From contig RQSC01000062.1 of NCBI GenBank assembly GCA_013416795.1, forward strand, positions 75,117-139,116: DNA of 64,000 nucleotides, read 5' to 3'. Position numbers and translations under genes: made by a program. This DNA is from Prasinococcaceae sp. CCMP 1430 (lineage: Eukaryota; Plantae; Prasinodermophyta). The notes below the pieces were generated by a model, which had not been told where the DNA came from, did no database searches, and worked only from the letters and a program-made list of their open reading frames with translations. Positions within the stretch are counted from its first letter, which is position 1; each line of letters starts with the position of its first letter. Positions 44,124 through 54,880 of this stretch are shown in pieces.

Positions 44124-46295
44124 ATGGCGCCCGAGGTTGGCGCAGGCTTGGGCGTGGGCGCGCGGGCGCGTGCGTGCCGCGTGCACGTGGACGTGCCAGT
44201 CGCAATCGGCGAGCGCGGGCGGGGCGTGTTCGGCGGCATAGGTGGCACCAGCGCGGGCGGCGGCAGCGGCGCCGCCGAGAGACGGGCGGCACGCGAGCGA
44301 CGCGCCGCAGCGCACGCCGCTGAGGTGGCGCGGCTCGCCAAAGCAAAGCTCGCGCGGCGCGCGCACAAAAACACGCGTGTCGGCAAGACCAAGGCGGCGC
44401 ACACGCAGAAGGCGCGAGCGCCGCTGCAGACGCTGAAAGAGGCCTGCGAGGAGAAACAGAGGAGAGCACACGGAAAGAGGAGGTCCGCCGCGGGCCGTGC
44501 TCTGCGAGCGTGGGCGGCGTATGCCGAGGCCGCGCGCTCGCACCGCGCGGCAGCTCTCGTGGCGTGGAGGGTACACTGTCGCGAGCAGCAAAGGCGTGGG
44601 TCGCAGGCGCCGCGTGACCTGCAGGCACGCGCGCGCGTGCCAAGCGACCGTGCCGGCGCTGGCCCGGACTCGGACGTCTGCGGCGATTCTTTCGAGGCGG
44701 TGTTGGACTCAGCGCCCCCGTCCTCGGCATACACAAGCCCAGACTCAACGCACGGCGCGCGCGCGCACGGCAGCAGGGGTGAGGGTGAGGGCGCACCGAG
44801 CGGGCGGCGGCTAAGCGACGCATCCGTCTCGGATGCCAGCGCCGCGGAGGCGTTCTCGCCCTCGAAGAGCTTGGCGAACGTGAGCACTCTTGCGGCCGCG
44901 CTCACGCCAGGACTTTCGCCAGCGACGATCGGGCGCGCTGGTCCTGGGACGTTGGCGCATATGAGCGTGGACTGCAGCACCGACCCTGGCCGCGCGCGCG
45001 CGCCCAGGCCTTCCACGGCGCCCTCAGTCGCTAGTTCGGAGGAACGCGGCGAGCGCCTGATGGCCAGCTTGCGACAGAGCGATCCCTACCTGTACCTCCT
45101 GTGCGAGGCACGCGCTGGGAACGCAGGAAGCGCGCACACGCTCACTCCAGCGCAGGCGACCTCGGGGGGCAGCACGCGGGGCGCGCTCGCAGACGCCGGG
45201 GGTGCAGCAGAAGCCTCGACCAGAGCCGGCGCATCCACAAGAGCACCAGACGCATCGAGCGCCGATGCGAAGGCGTTCGGCGGTGGCGTCCCCGTGAGCG
45301 CTGACCGTCTTCGTGCTTCGGAAATGAGCGCATGTGCAAGCCGCGACCAAGTCTGCGACTCCCCAGCTCGCCACGCGGCGGTGGCACAGTGGCTACAGTC
45401 CACGACGCCGCCCAAGGGAGCCAACGCCGCTGAGGATGTCGCCAGACAGATGGATGAGCCCGTGTGCGTTGGCGCAGACTATGTGGACGAGGCGGAGTTT
45501 TGGATGCTTGAATTGCAAGCAGAGCGCGTCAGTGGCGCCAACGATGCTTCTGCGGTGCAAGCCACGCGCGCACAAGCGCTGGCAGCAATGGTGGTGCACC
45601 TCGCGCGACGTGCGGGAATGCGGCGCGCAATGCTTCGCTGGATCGCTGCCTTGCATTCTGCACAGGAGGAGCTTGTTGTCATGACGCTCGCGGCGGGCAC
45701 GGCTGCGTGCGCGCAACGCCGTGCACGCATCGCCTTGAGGAAGTGGTCGCGGGCATCACGCCGCTCTCATCTGGCGCACGCGTTGCACATGCACGCCTCA
45801 GCGGCGTTCCATTGGCGGATGACGTCGCAGGCGCGTGCGTGGCAGGCTTGGACAGCTGCAGCCGTTTGTGGTCGCGGGGATGCCGAGGGGACGGTGCACT
45901 TAGCGCCAGCGCTGAACAGATTCAGTGCGCGTGCGCCTGCTGACCGAGGCGGCCGAGACGCTGACCTCGCTGGGCGAGCGCGTGGGCGCGCGCCTGCGAC
46001 CCTCATGCAGCGGCAGGCGCTGTGGCGTTGGCGCACGAACGCTCTCCGCGCCAGGGCAGTGCGAGTGGCGTCCGCGCGTCGCAGCATGGATGTAGCGCGA
46101 GGGACGTTACTCGCATGGCTGCGCGTTGCGATGCTCTCCACCATCGGCCCGACCTTGTCTGCAATTTGGCTCGGCCGCCGCTGCCGCTTGGCGCTGGTCA
46201 AGTGGCACGCACTCGCGCGCGCGCCGGCCAACGATGCGCACGCTGCACTTGCCGAGTGCGATGCGCTGCTCTTCAGCCTCAATCCGTCGGTCTGA
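44124..46295 (+). CDS. Hypothetical protein with Sfi1-like (centrin-binding) Trp repeats
   Basis: Recurrent ALRAW, ALVAW, AMLRW, ALRKW, AWQAW, ALWRW, TLLAW and ALVKW helices. Confidence 0.65.
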   Translation: MAPEVGAGLGVGARARACRVHVDVPVAIGERGRGVFGGIGGTSAGGGSGAAERRAARERRAAAHAAEVARLAKAKLARRAHKNTRVGKTKAAHTQKARAPLQTLKEACEEKQRRAHGKRRSAAGRALRAWAAYAEAARSHRAAALVAWRVHCREQQRRGSQAPRDLQARARVPSDRAGAGPDSDVCGDSFEAVLDSAPPSSAYTSPDSTHGARAHGSRGEGEGAPSGRRLSDASVSDASAAEAFSPSKSLANVSTLAAALTPGLSPATIGRAGPGTLAHMSVDCSTDPGRARAPRPSTAPSVASSEERGERLMASLRQSDPYLYLLCEARAGNAGSAHTLTPAQATSGGSTRGALADAGGAAEASTRAGASTRAPDASSADAKAFGGGVPVSADRLRASEMSACASRDQVCDSPARHAAVAQWLQSTTPPKGANAAEDVARQMDEPVCVGADYVDEAEFWMLELQAERVSGANDASAVQATRAQALAAMVVHLARRAGMRRAMLRWIAALHSAQEELVVMTLAAGTAACAQRRARIALRKWSRASRRSHLAHALHMHASAAFHWRMTSQARAWQAWTAAAVCGRGDAEGTVHLAPALNRFSARAPADRGGRDADLAGRARGRAPATLMQRQALWRWRTNALRARAVRVASARRSMDVARGTLLAWLRVAMLSTIGPTLSAIWLGRRCRLALVKWHALARAPANDAHAALAECDALLFSLNPSV

Positions 46296-46407
46296 CTTCT
46301 GACTGTACCATACAACCTCGCTGCAATTTTTTTAATCAAACACGTTCGACACAGCAGCCCTGTTCGAAGGAGCTAGAACGCCGACGCCACTGGTGCGCGC
46401 ATTGCGC

Positions 46408-47990
46408 CTACTCTGAGCCTGGCTCCCCCGCGACAAGTTCTGGCGGCAGCTCGAGCTCCTCTTGCTCCACATTGTCTGCAAGCGCTTGCCGCTGCTCGGC
46501 CTCGCGCGCGGCTTCCACTTTCTGCACGACCTCGGGTGGCGCTTTGGCGAGCGTTGCAGCCGCGATGGTGTCCTCGGTAATGGCCTCGAGTAGGGCCTCA
46601 TCCCCGCGCAATGCCTCAACGCAATTGTCCTTGCCCTGCCCGATGTTGGTGCCCTGGTAGGCGTACCACGCGCCCTTGCGCTGAACGACGCTATTCTCTA
46701 CGGCGGCCTGCAGAACAGATCCGACCGAGTCGATGCCACGGTCGAAAAGGATGTCCAGCTCGGCGACGCGATATGGGAAAGCCACCTTGTTCTTGGCTGC
46801 GGACACAATAGAGTTGCGCGATGATGAGTTGCGCGGGGTGTGCGAGGGTCAGCGCCGGGCGCCGAGCGCAAGACGGCGTCTTGACGTGTGGCATTCGCAC
46901 GTTCCACACGCGCAGCGCTCCTGTAGACAAAGCAATAATCATCGGGCACACGCGCATCGCTTCGCGCACGCGCACGCACCGATCTTGACGCGAACCCTGA
47001 TACCCGGCGAGGTTGAGTCCCTCGCTGCTCCCGTGCCCCCACCCTCGCCCCTGATGACCTCCGTGCGTCTGATGTCCATGCGCACGCTCGCGTAGAATTT
47101 GAGCGCGTTGCCGCCCGTCGTGACCTCAGGATTGCCGTAGATGACGCCCACCTTTTGCCTGAGCTGGTTGAGGAAAATGATGGTGCAATCTGCCTTGTAC
47201 GCGTTCGAGGCGATTTTGCGCAGCGCCTGGCTCATGAGGCGCGCGTGTGCGCCGACCTGAAAGAGGCCGATCTCGCCTTCGATCTCTGCGCGCGGCGTGA
47301 GCGCGGCGACCGAGTCCACCACGATCAGGTCGACAGCGGAGGAGCGCGCCAACTGGTCGACCACCTCGAGCGCCATTTCACCGCTCTCCGGTTGGCACAC
47401 GACCAGGTCAGAGATGTCAAGTCCGCACGTCTCCGCCCATGCTGGGTCGAACGCGTGCTCGGCGTCGATGAACGCGACCGTCTGATTCTCATCCTGCGCA
47501 GCGGCGAGGCAGTTCAGCGCGAGCGTCGTCTTGCCGCTCGACTCGGGGCCGTAGAGTTCAACGACTGTCGCAAGGCGGTGCATCTGCGGTCAGCGGCGGC
47601 GGCGGCGGGGGATGTTGAGATATCGGCGCGCTGAGGCGCGTGGCGCTCGAGCGGGCGGTGCGCGGGCGGCGAGCTCACGGCACGTACTTCTTCCCCGCGG
47701 CAGCCCGCCGCCGAGCGCAAGGTCGAGGTTCAGCGCCCCGGTCGATGTCGTCCGCACCGACGCGGCGGCGGCCGCCTCATCCATCACCATGATGGATCCC
47801 TTGCCGTAGGCCCCTTCTATTTCGCTCAGCACCTTGTTCAGCGCCGCCTTGCGCCCGTCTGTGGCGCCGGCGCCCCCCTTGGCCTTGGCGGCGCACGCGG
47901 GCTGCGCGCGCTGCGCGCGCCGCGAGAGGCCCAAGGAACGCCACGCGGGCTGCGCCGGCGGGCGCGCGCGCGCTGTGGCACACGGCGGCG
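46408..47990 (-). CDS. recA: Organellar (probably plastid) RecA; exons ?-47688, 47564-46980, 46796-46408; start codon not found
   Basis: [86 protein letters not shown]. Confidence 0.95.
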
Positions 47991-48656
47991 TCGCCTCGTC
48001 GGCGCACCCGGAAAAAATCCCGCGCGGGCGCGGGCGCCCGGGTGCGTTTTGACCAGTTTTTCGATGTAGGGTCTGTCTAGTCGATTTGTGGTATGCGAAT
48101 GAATATTGTTTTGTCACGCCCCAGACGGTCTGAGGTTGGGGGGTAGTCGATACCCAAACACACACGCGGCACTCTACAGGCGGAGCACGAGATGCGAAAT
48201 TCGGGCGCGTGCGTCGGTGCAGTGGCGGCTCCGTGCCTGCCGACCGAGCGTTTAAATCTGAACGAACCCTCACGGTGATTCAGATTTGGCGCGCGCTGGC
48301 CGCGGGCCGGGGGCGTCCAGCGCTGCAGGCTGGGTCGTTGCTCCAGTCTCGAGAGGCGGGAGCGCAATCTGGGATCCGGCGGGCCTTGGCAGAATATCTC
48401 CTGTGCACACGCACGCTGGCTGTTGGCCATGGCATAAGCACGCCACACGGCACTCGCTGCTCGTTGCCACTGCCCCCCCCTTCCCCTCCCTGCTCCTCAC
48501 ACTCCCCCGCGCACGCCTTCCCTCGAACGGCCGTCCGCCCGCCCGCCCGGTGCGCGCGAGCTGCGGGGTCTGAATCGCGGCGGGGCCGGGGCGGCGCCGC
48601 GCGGCGCCTACGGGGGCAATCGGGTTTCGGGGCGGCGGCGAGTGCGGCGCACGCAG

Positions 48657-49477
48657 GCGGCCGCGTCGATTCCCCCCCGGGGGAGAGCGCGGCCGCGCAC
48701 GCCGAGAAGGACTCGGAGGTCGTGCAGGCGTCGGCACTCGAGTGGCTGCTCGCGGTGGCAGGCGTCGACAAGCGCGCCGTCCCCGCCGGGACTACGTTCG
48801 AGGACGCCATCGACAACGGGAAGCTGCTGCACCACGCCTCGTCGGTCGTGCTCGACCGCCTGTACAAGAGGAAGCCCGCCGGCCCGCTGAGGTCAAACGT
48901 TGACTTTCTCAGGCCCACGAACTCGTCGTTCTGGGAAAATCGCGCCGCCTTCGCCGATGTCGAGGCGTTCCTCACCACCGCGGTGAGCATCGGCGTTTCG
49001 AGCGAAGACCTGTGCACGGCAGCGGACATCATGGAACACAAGGATCCGCGCAGGGTGGCTTTGACGGTGCTGGCACTGTACCAGGCGGCCGTTCGGAAGG
49101 GTGTCGGCGGCCTGCCGAGGTTTGCGGGTGAGCGTGGCGACATGTCCACCCAGCACATCGAGAACATGCGCGACCGTATTTGGAGGGTGAACTCTGATCT
49201 GAACAACGGCACCGACATGCAGGATGAGAACAAGCACAAGGGTGGCGCGGGCAGGTGGCTGCGAAGAGCGCTGGTTGTGCTGACAGCGGGCGGGCTGGGG
49301 GCGGCCGGGTGGTCGAAGTGTCGCCCCCTCGACATTAAAGAGGGTGACACTCTGTGGGAATTGGCGCAGCGGCACCTCGGCGAGGGGAAACGGTACCAGA
49401 GGTTCCTCGACAAAAACCCGGAGCTCATCGCGCACCCCGATCTCATTTTCCCTGGCGATCGCGTTCGCCAGGTGTGA
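48657..49477 (+). CDS. Calponin-homology domain + TM helix + C-terminal LysM protein; start not resolved
   Basis: CH domain: ALEWL...FEDAIDNGKLL...VEAFL...IGV...LCTAADIMEHKDPRRVALTVLAL. TM: ALVVLTAGGLGAAGW. LysM: IKEGDTLWELAQRHLG...NP.LIAHPDLIFPGDRVR. Confidence 0.88.
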
Positions 49478-49625
49478 GTGCGAAGGGCGCATGGGTCGCG
49501 CTTGGGGCTCCGGGGACCGCCCCTCGCGCGGGCCGTAGGTGGGCGTCGCGCGCGGGCACGTGCGACCCGACTGTAATAGGTTAGAAAGTCTCATACATAG
49601 GTTGCGCGTTCAAGTGCGGCGCGGC

Positions 49626-51755
49626 TCACCAGCGCGCCGCGGCCTGTGAGGCATAGTCCGCCTGCAAGTGCGAAAGCGCGCCGTGCTCGGCGTGCTCCTT
49701 GAGGGAATCCCACGAGCGCTGTTCGGCAATGTGCCCGACCCCTGTCTCCGTGAGCATCGTGTCTGCGAGGGTCCCGAATTTCGCGTTGGCCTGCGCCAGA
49801 ATGCGTCCGCGTGCCAGGAACCCACAGCCGCGGGTGAGCAAGCCCGACCTCACCAGCGCCTTTCCCTGGAGCCGCCGCCTCGCCATCTCCATGTCTGCGG
49901 CGTGGCTCTCGCACTCGGCGCGGGGGGGCAGGTAGCCGACGGCGTGCGCGGTCTGCGCCAGCGCTTGGGCGTCGAGTGCGCAAAGCCGCCTGAGGCCGAA
50001 TGTCAAGTGCGCAGTCTCCTTGCCGCACTCGGCACGCGCGGCCGCCGCCGTGAGCGCCGCTGGCGTGCACGGAGGTGGCCGACGCTTCCTTGGGGGCGGC
50101 GTGAAGTCCTGCGCAGGTGCGCGCTTGCCGACCGCTTTATTTTGCTTCTTGTCCTTCGTTGCCGCCTTGGCAGTCTTGGCTGGTGCCTTCGCAGGCAAGG
50201 CTGCCTTCACGGGCGTGCTGGCCACACGCCCCGACCTGCGCACAGGGGCGCTCGACGCCAGCGGCGGCCTGCTTTTATCTGTCCCGTGCGGACGCGTGGG
50301 CTCACCCCCCTTCTCCCCTCGCTGCCGCTCCACTTCCCCACGCTGCCGCCGCCGCTGCTGCTGCCGCTCTTGTTCCTGCTCCTCCTCCTCCTCCTCCTCC
50401 TCTTCCTGCTGCCGCTGCTGCTGCGCGCGAGGTTCCTGCGGCGACGACGGCATGGCTTCATCGCAATGCAGCGACACGCCCGCAGACGGTCCCGCCATCG
50501 CCTGAGCCGGCGCGCGTGGAGCGGTCGGCGGGGTCGCCCCACGCACCGCAACGGACACTGCCGGCGTTGGCGTGTCCACTGCCGCCAACAGTGGTGTGCC
50601 GGGGGACCCGACACCAGCGAACGCCGCCGCGCCTGGCAGGCGCGCAGCCGGAGTTCCCATGGCCGCAGCTGCAGCGGCGGCGCCTTTAGTGGTGCAATCG
50701 CGGGGCTGCTCGGAGGGTGCGGCTGAGGCGGCCGAAGCGCCGTGGCCCGGCGTGGCCGGCACCTGTGCAGCCGGAGGCGCAGCAGCATCAGCCCCGCGGC
50801 GAGTAACAGGGAGGTCATTCTCCTTGTCAGCAGGCTCCGCCGCGGCCTTCGCCCGCTGCTTGTGCTGCTTCCCCTGATGCGCTTCCCGGCTCTGCGCGGC
50901 GTCCAGCAGTGGCGCGGACGCCTTGGGCTGCTTGACCTCCGGCGACGCCTTGGGCGAGGCCGCTTTCGCCTCCTCGCTATCCTCTGCCGCCGAATTAGAG
51001 GCCTTCTCCTCGCTCTCGTGGGCGGCCCGCTCCGCTGGCTTCGGCGTCGTCTGCCTCTCTGCCGCCTGCGCGGCGGCCGGCGCAGGACGGGGTGCCGGCG
51101 CTGCGGACTTCTTCTCCTTCTCGGCTACCTTCGGCCACACTCCCTTCGCCGCGCCCGGCGCGAGCAGTCCCTTGGCGACCATGTCCTTGAAGAGCTTTTT
51201 GCATTGTGCGCCCGTCCTGCCTGGCACGTGCATGCTGAAGAAGCCCCAGCGCGCCCCCTTGCCTGCGCCCGGTGGGCGCTCCTTGAGCGCGCTGACGAAC
51301 CCTTGCTTTTCGGCGGCGCTCCATGCGCCGGCGACCTCCTTCTCGCCCGGCGCGCAGTAGCGCTCATAGAAGGCGTTGGGATCGGTGGGGATGAGCTTTA
51401 GCCACGCCTGCTGCCTGTCGCTACCCCACGAGCCGAACTCGGGCGGCTTGTACGTCTCCATGGGCGCCGCCGACGAAGCGGCCGCCGCGCCGCGCTTCGC
51501 CGGCGTGCCATGCTGCCCCGCGGCGGCCGCCGCGCTGCCGTCACTTGCGCGGCGCTTCTTCTCGGGCGTGCGGTGGGTCCTCTTTTCCCTCTCGGACACC
51601 CCAGCCTTGGGCCCCTCGCCTCTCCTCCCCGCGCCCGCGCCGCTCGCCGCCGCGGCCTCCTGCATGCTCTGCTGCATGACGAGCGCGAGCTGCTGTCGCT
51701 CGGTCAGCCGCACGCCCGACCGCGCGAGCGCGGCGAGGTCGTCCGTCGTGACCAT
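49626..51755 (-). CDS. SANT/Myb-like domain protein with N-terminal UIM-like motif
   Basis: LTERQQLALVMQQS; DPNAFYERY..PGE...GAWS..EK..F...WGFFSMHVPGRTGAQC; long low-complexity middle. Confidence 0.75.
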   Translation of the reverse strand: MVTTDDLAALARSGVRLTERQQLALVMQQSMQEAAAASGAGAGRRGEGPKAGVSEREKRTHRTPEKKRRASDGSAAAAAGQHGTPAKRGAAAASSAAPMETYKPPEFGSWGSDRQQAWLKLIPTDPNAFYERYCAPGEKEVAGAWSAAEKQGFVSALKERPPGAGKGARWGFFSMHVPGRTGAQCKKLFKDMVAKGLLAPGAAKGVWPKVAEKEKKSAAPAPRPAPAAAQAAERQTTPKPAERAAHESEEKASNSAAEDSEEAKAASPKASPEVKQPKASAPLLDAAQSREAHQGKQHKQRAKAAAEPADKENDLPVTRRGADAAAPPAAQVPATPGHGASAASAAPSEQPRDCTTKGAAAAAAAMGTPAARLPGAAAFAGVGSPGTPLLAAVDTPTPAVSVAVRGATPPTAPRAPAQAMAGPSAGVSLHCDEAMPSSPQEPRAQQQRQQEEEEEEEEEQEQERQQQRRRQRGEVERQRGEKGGEPTRPHGTDKSRPPLASSAPVRRSGRVASTPVKAALPAKAPAKTAKAATKDKKQNKAVGKRAPAQDFTPPPRKRRPPPCTPAALTAAAARAECGKETAHLTFGLRRLCALDAQALAQTAHAVGYLPPRAECESHAADMEMARRRLQGKALVRSGLLTRGCGFLARGRILAQANAKFGTLADTMLTETGVGHIAEQRSWDSLKEHAEHGALSHLQADYASQAAARW

Positions 51756-51934
51756 CGCGGCCGCGCGCCCGGCTCGCGACGAGGCCCTCCGATTCCCCTC
51801 CCCCGCCGCCTCCCCTCCCGCCCGNNNNNNNNNNNNNNNNNNNNNNNNNNNNNNNNNNNNNNNNNNNNNNNNNNNNNNNNNNNNNNNNNNNNNNNNNNNN
51901 NNNNNNNNNNNNNNNNNNNNNNNNNNNNNNNNNN

Positions 51935-52887
51935 CCGCGCGCGCCGCGCGGCCGGGGGCGTCGCGCGTCGCGGTGGGCCAGATGACCGCGACCAACGACG
52001 CCGAGGCCAACTTCGCAACGTGCTCCGACCTTGCCGCGCGCGCCGCGGCCGCAGGGGCGAGCCTGTTGTGCCTGCCCGAGTGCTTCGCCTTCATAGGCGC
52101 GCGCTCGGGCGAGGCGCAGGCGATGGCCGAGCCGCTCGACGGGCCGCTCATGTCGCGCTACGCAGAGCTCGCGAGGAGCACCGGGCTCTGGCTGTCCCTC
52201 GGCGGCTTCCAGGAGGCGCCCACCAAACCCGACCCCGAAGGGCGCATCTACAACACGCACGTCGTGCTCAGCCCCGACGGCGGCACGCGCGGCGCGTACC
52301 GCAAGATTCACCTCTTCGACGCGCCGTTCGTGAGCCTCGTGGAGAGCAAGCAGGCGCTCCCAGGTGAGGAGCTCGTGGCAGTGGACTCGCCCGTCGGACG
52401 GCTGGGGCTCAGCGTCTGTTATGACGTGCGCTTTCCAGAGCTGTATCAGGCGCTCAAGTTCGGCATGGGATGCGACGTGCTGCTCGTGCCCGCCGCGTTC
52501 ACCGTGCCGACGGGCCAGGCGCACTGGGAGCTGCTGCTCCGAGCGCGCGCCGTTGAGAACCAGGCGTACGTCATCGCCGCCGCGCAGGCGGGCATGCACA
52601 ACGAGGACGGCAACAGGCGCACGAGCTACGGCCATGCCATGATCATCGACCCGTGGGGTGAGGTGGTCGCCAAGCTCGACGACCCCGTCGGCACCGGCAT
52701 CGCCGTCGCCGACATCGACGTGGCGGGCCGCCTCGAGGAGCTCGAGCAAAAGATGCCCCTCGCGGTTCACAGGAAGTACGACATTTACGGCGGCGTGAGC
52801 GGCAGCGAGAAAGCCAGGGAAGCCGCCGCGATGCTGGACGCGTACAAGAACAATGTCGACCAGGCGACGCTTGAGCTCAACGGCTGA
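51935..52887 (+). CDS. NIT1: Nitrilase-superfamily deaminated-glutathione amidase (Nit1-like); N-terminus in the gap
   Basis: LPECF (E), YRKIHLFD (K), SVCYDVRFPELY (C), AFTVPTGQAHWE.LLRARA.ENQ.Y, SYGHAMIIDPWG. Confidence 0.92.
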
Positions 52888-52928
52888 GGGCGCGCGCTAC
52901 AGCGCTCTGATAAACCTTCGACGGCGTA

Positions 52929-54386
52929 TTAAATAAATGTCATGCCGCCGTCGCTCTCGGCGCTCGTCGCGCCCTCGCTGACCGGTCCGGCTGCCGCAGT
53001 GCGCGGCGGGCCTGCCGTGTGTCGCCTCAGGCGGTCGTCCGTGCGCAGCGCAACATCCTCGCCTTCGCGCGCCATCGCCATGAACATCGAGCGCGGCGCC
53101 TCGTCGCTGTTGATGTCAGCGAGGCCGACGTACTGCTCCTCGGTGCCGGCATCCGCCGGGCCGCACTCCTCGCTTAACTCCGACCGCAGCACCCAGTAGT
53201 CGCAAACGAGCCCTGCCGCAGGTGTGAAGGAGCTCTCAATAGCGGTGAGAGAGCGCATGTGCGCGTATGCCGACACTTCCATGGGGTCCTTTACCCACGC
53301 GTCGTGTGGCACCTTCGCGGCGTCCACCTCACACCCATCGCCCGCCAGCGCGAGAGTCGTGAGCGGCTCGAGCTCACACATACCCGTCAGCTCCTCCGAG
53401 AGCGTTCGCGCGTCTCCGCGGTCGGCGTTGCGTGCGACCAGTAGGCCCACGCCGCGCGAACGGACGCCCGCCACGATGTCGTTCTCGCGCAGCGGGTACT
53501 CGACGACGGTGCCGACAGATAGGCCCTTCGCGTCCGTCACGGTCTCGAACGCGCCGCTCTCGCCCTGCGCCTGCGCAGCCGCAGCCGCGCGTCTGCGCGC
53601 GGCTTCGCGCCGGCCCACCTTGCGCGGCTTCTTCGTGAAGTCGAACTCGCGCCAGCCCATCTCCGCCCACACCGCCGCGGCATTGCCACGTCCCGCGTCC
53701 GCGCCCGCACCCGCACCGTCATGCGCCTTCATGCCCTCGCGCCCGTGCGCGTCATACAGCGCGCGGCTGCCTGCGTCGCTGAGCACGTCGTATGCGTCCG
53801 CCAGGGCGGAGAAAATTTGCGAGGCCGCAGGATCGGCATTCACGTCTGGGTGCCATTGCTTCGCCAGCGAGCGGTAGGCGGACTTGATCTGCTGCTGCGT
53901 GGCGTCGGGCGAGACGCTCAGCAGGCGGTAGAGCTCCGTATGTGCGGCGCGGCCCTTGACGCGGGCGTCACCCGCGTCGGACGGACGGGCGCCGCCATGC
54001 TGCCCCCCCTGACGGCCGTGTACCTGCTTCTGCTGCTGCGCTCGCGCGCGCTTCTTGGCGTACATCTTGGCGATGATGCTCTCGATGGTGTCGAAGTCCT
54101 GCATCCCCTCGGGCGCGTTGTCGTCCGAATCGCCGCGTTCGCCTTCGGCGCTCAGTTCCCAGCCACCCGCCTCAGCGGCGGCGAGCAGCGCGGATAGCGC
54201 TCTGTCACTCACGCCGCGCGCGTCGTCGAGCGCGGGAGCCGATCCGCGGCACATGGCGAGCACCACGCGCAGGAGCGGCGCGGCGGCGGCCCCGCCATCA
54301 GAGGCACCGCATCGCAGCGCCTCGCCCAGGAGCGCCTCGGCCCGGTCCGCGCACGCGTCGGCAGCGCGACTGTCCGCGGCGCGCAT
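52929..54386 (-). CDS. J-domain (DnaJ) protein with N- and C-terminal extensions; start uncertain
   Basis: LYRLLSVSPDATQQQIKSAYRSLAKQWHPDVN...AYDVLSD..SRALYD at ~53940-53740. Confidence 0.85.
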   Translation of the reverse strand: MRAADSRAADACADRAEALLGEALRCGASDGGAAAAPLLRVVLAMCRGSAPALDDARGVSDRALSALLAAAEAGGWELSAEGERGDSDDNAPEGMQDFDTIESIIAKMYAKKRARAQQQKQVHGRQGGQHGGARPSDAGDARVKGRAAHTELYRLLSVSPDATQQQIKSAYRSLAKQWHPDVNADPAASQIFSALADAYDVLSDAGSRALYDAHGREGMKAHDGAGAGADAGRGNAAAVWAEMGWREFDFTKKPRKVGRREAARRRAAAAAQAQGESGAFETVTDAKGLSVGTVVEYPLRENDIVAGVRSRGVGLLVARNADRGDARTLSEELTGMCELEPLTTLALAGDGCEVDAAKVPHDAWVKDPMEVSAYAHMRSLTAIESSFTPAAGLVCDYWVLRSELSEECGPADAGTEEQYVGLADINSDEAPRSMFMAMAREGEDVALRTDDRLRRHTAGPPRTAAAGPVSEGATSAESDGGMTFI

Positions 54387-54880
54387 GGCGCGCGCGGCGG
54401 CCGCCGCCACCTCGGCCACCCCGCCAGTTCCATCCCCGCCGCACCCGCCCCCGCCGCGCGCGCCGCCACGCTCATCGCGCCCGCCACGCCCGCCGCGCAC
54501 CCCTCGTGCGCAACACGCCTCGCGACGCAGCGCGCAATGTGTGGTGCGCCACACGCACGCGGCCGGCGAGACGGAGGGGGGGAGAGGGGAGAGCTCCCTG
54601 AGCGGACTCCTGTGAGCTGTGCGTGGGGGTGGGGTGGGTCCGGGTAGGCGGGTGGTTGGGTGGGAGGGCCCAGAGCGCACGCGTCTCTGCGCGCTTGGAT
54701 AAGTCCTGCCGTCCAGCGTGCAACTATCCGGCGCGCTTTCCGGCGAGCGACACCGCCAGCTCAGACCTCCGCGTCGGTGACCCTCGCATCACCAGCCAAT
54801 GCTCGAGCGTGGCTCGTTCAAACCCGTTGGCGTAATACAGCACACGTCCCCACGGGAGATCACTTTTTGAGGTCACGCGC

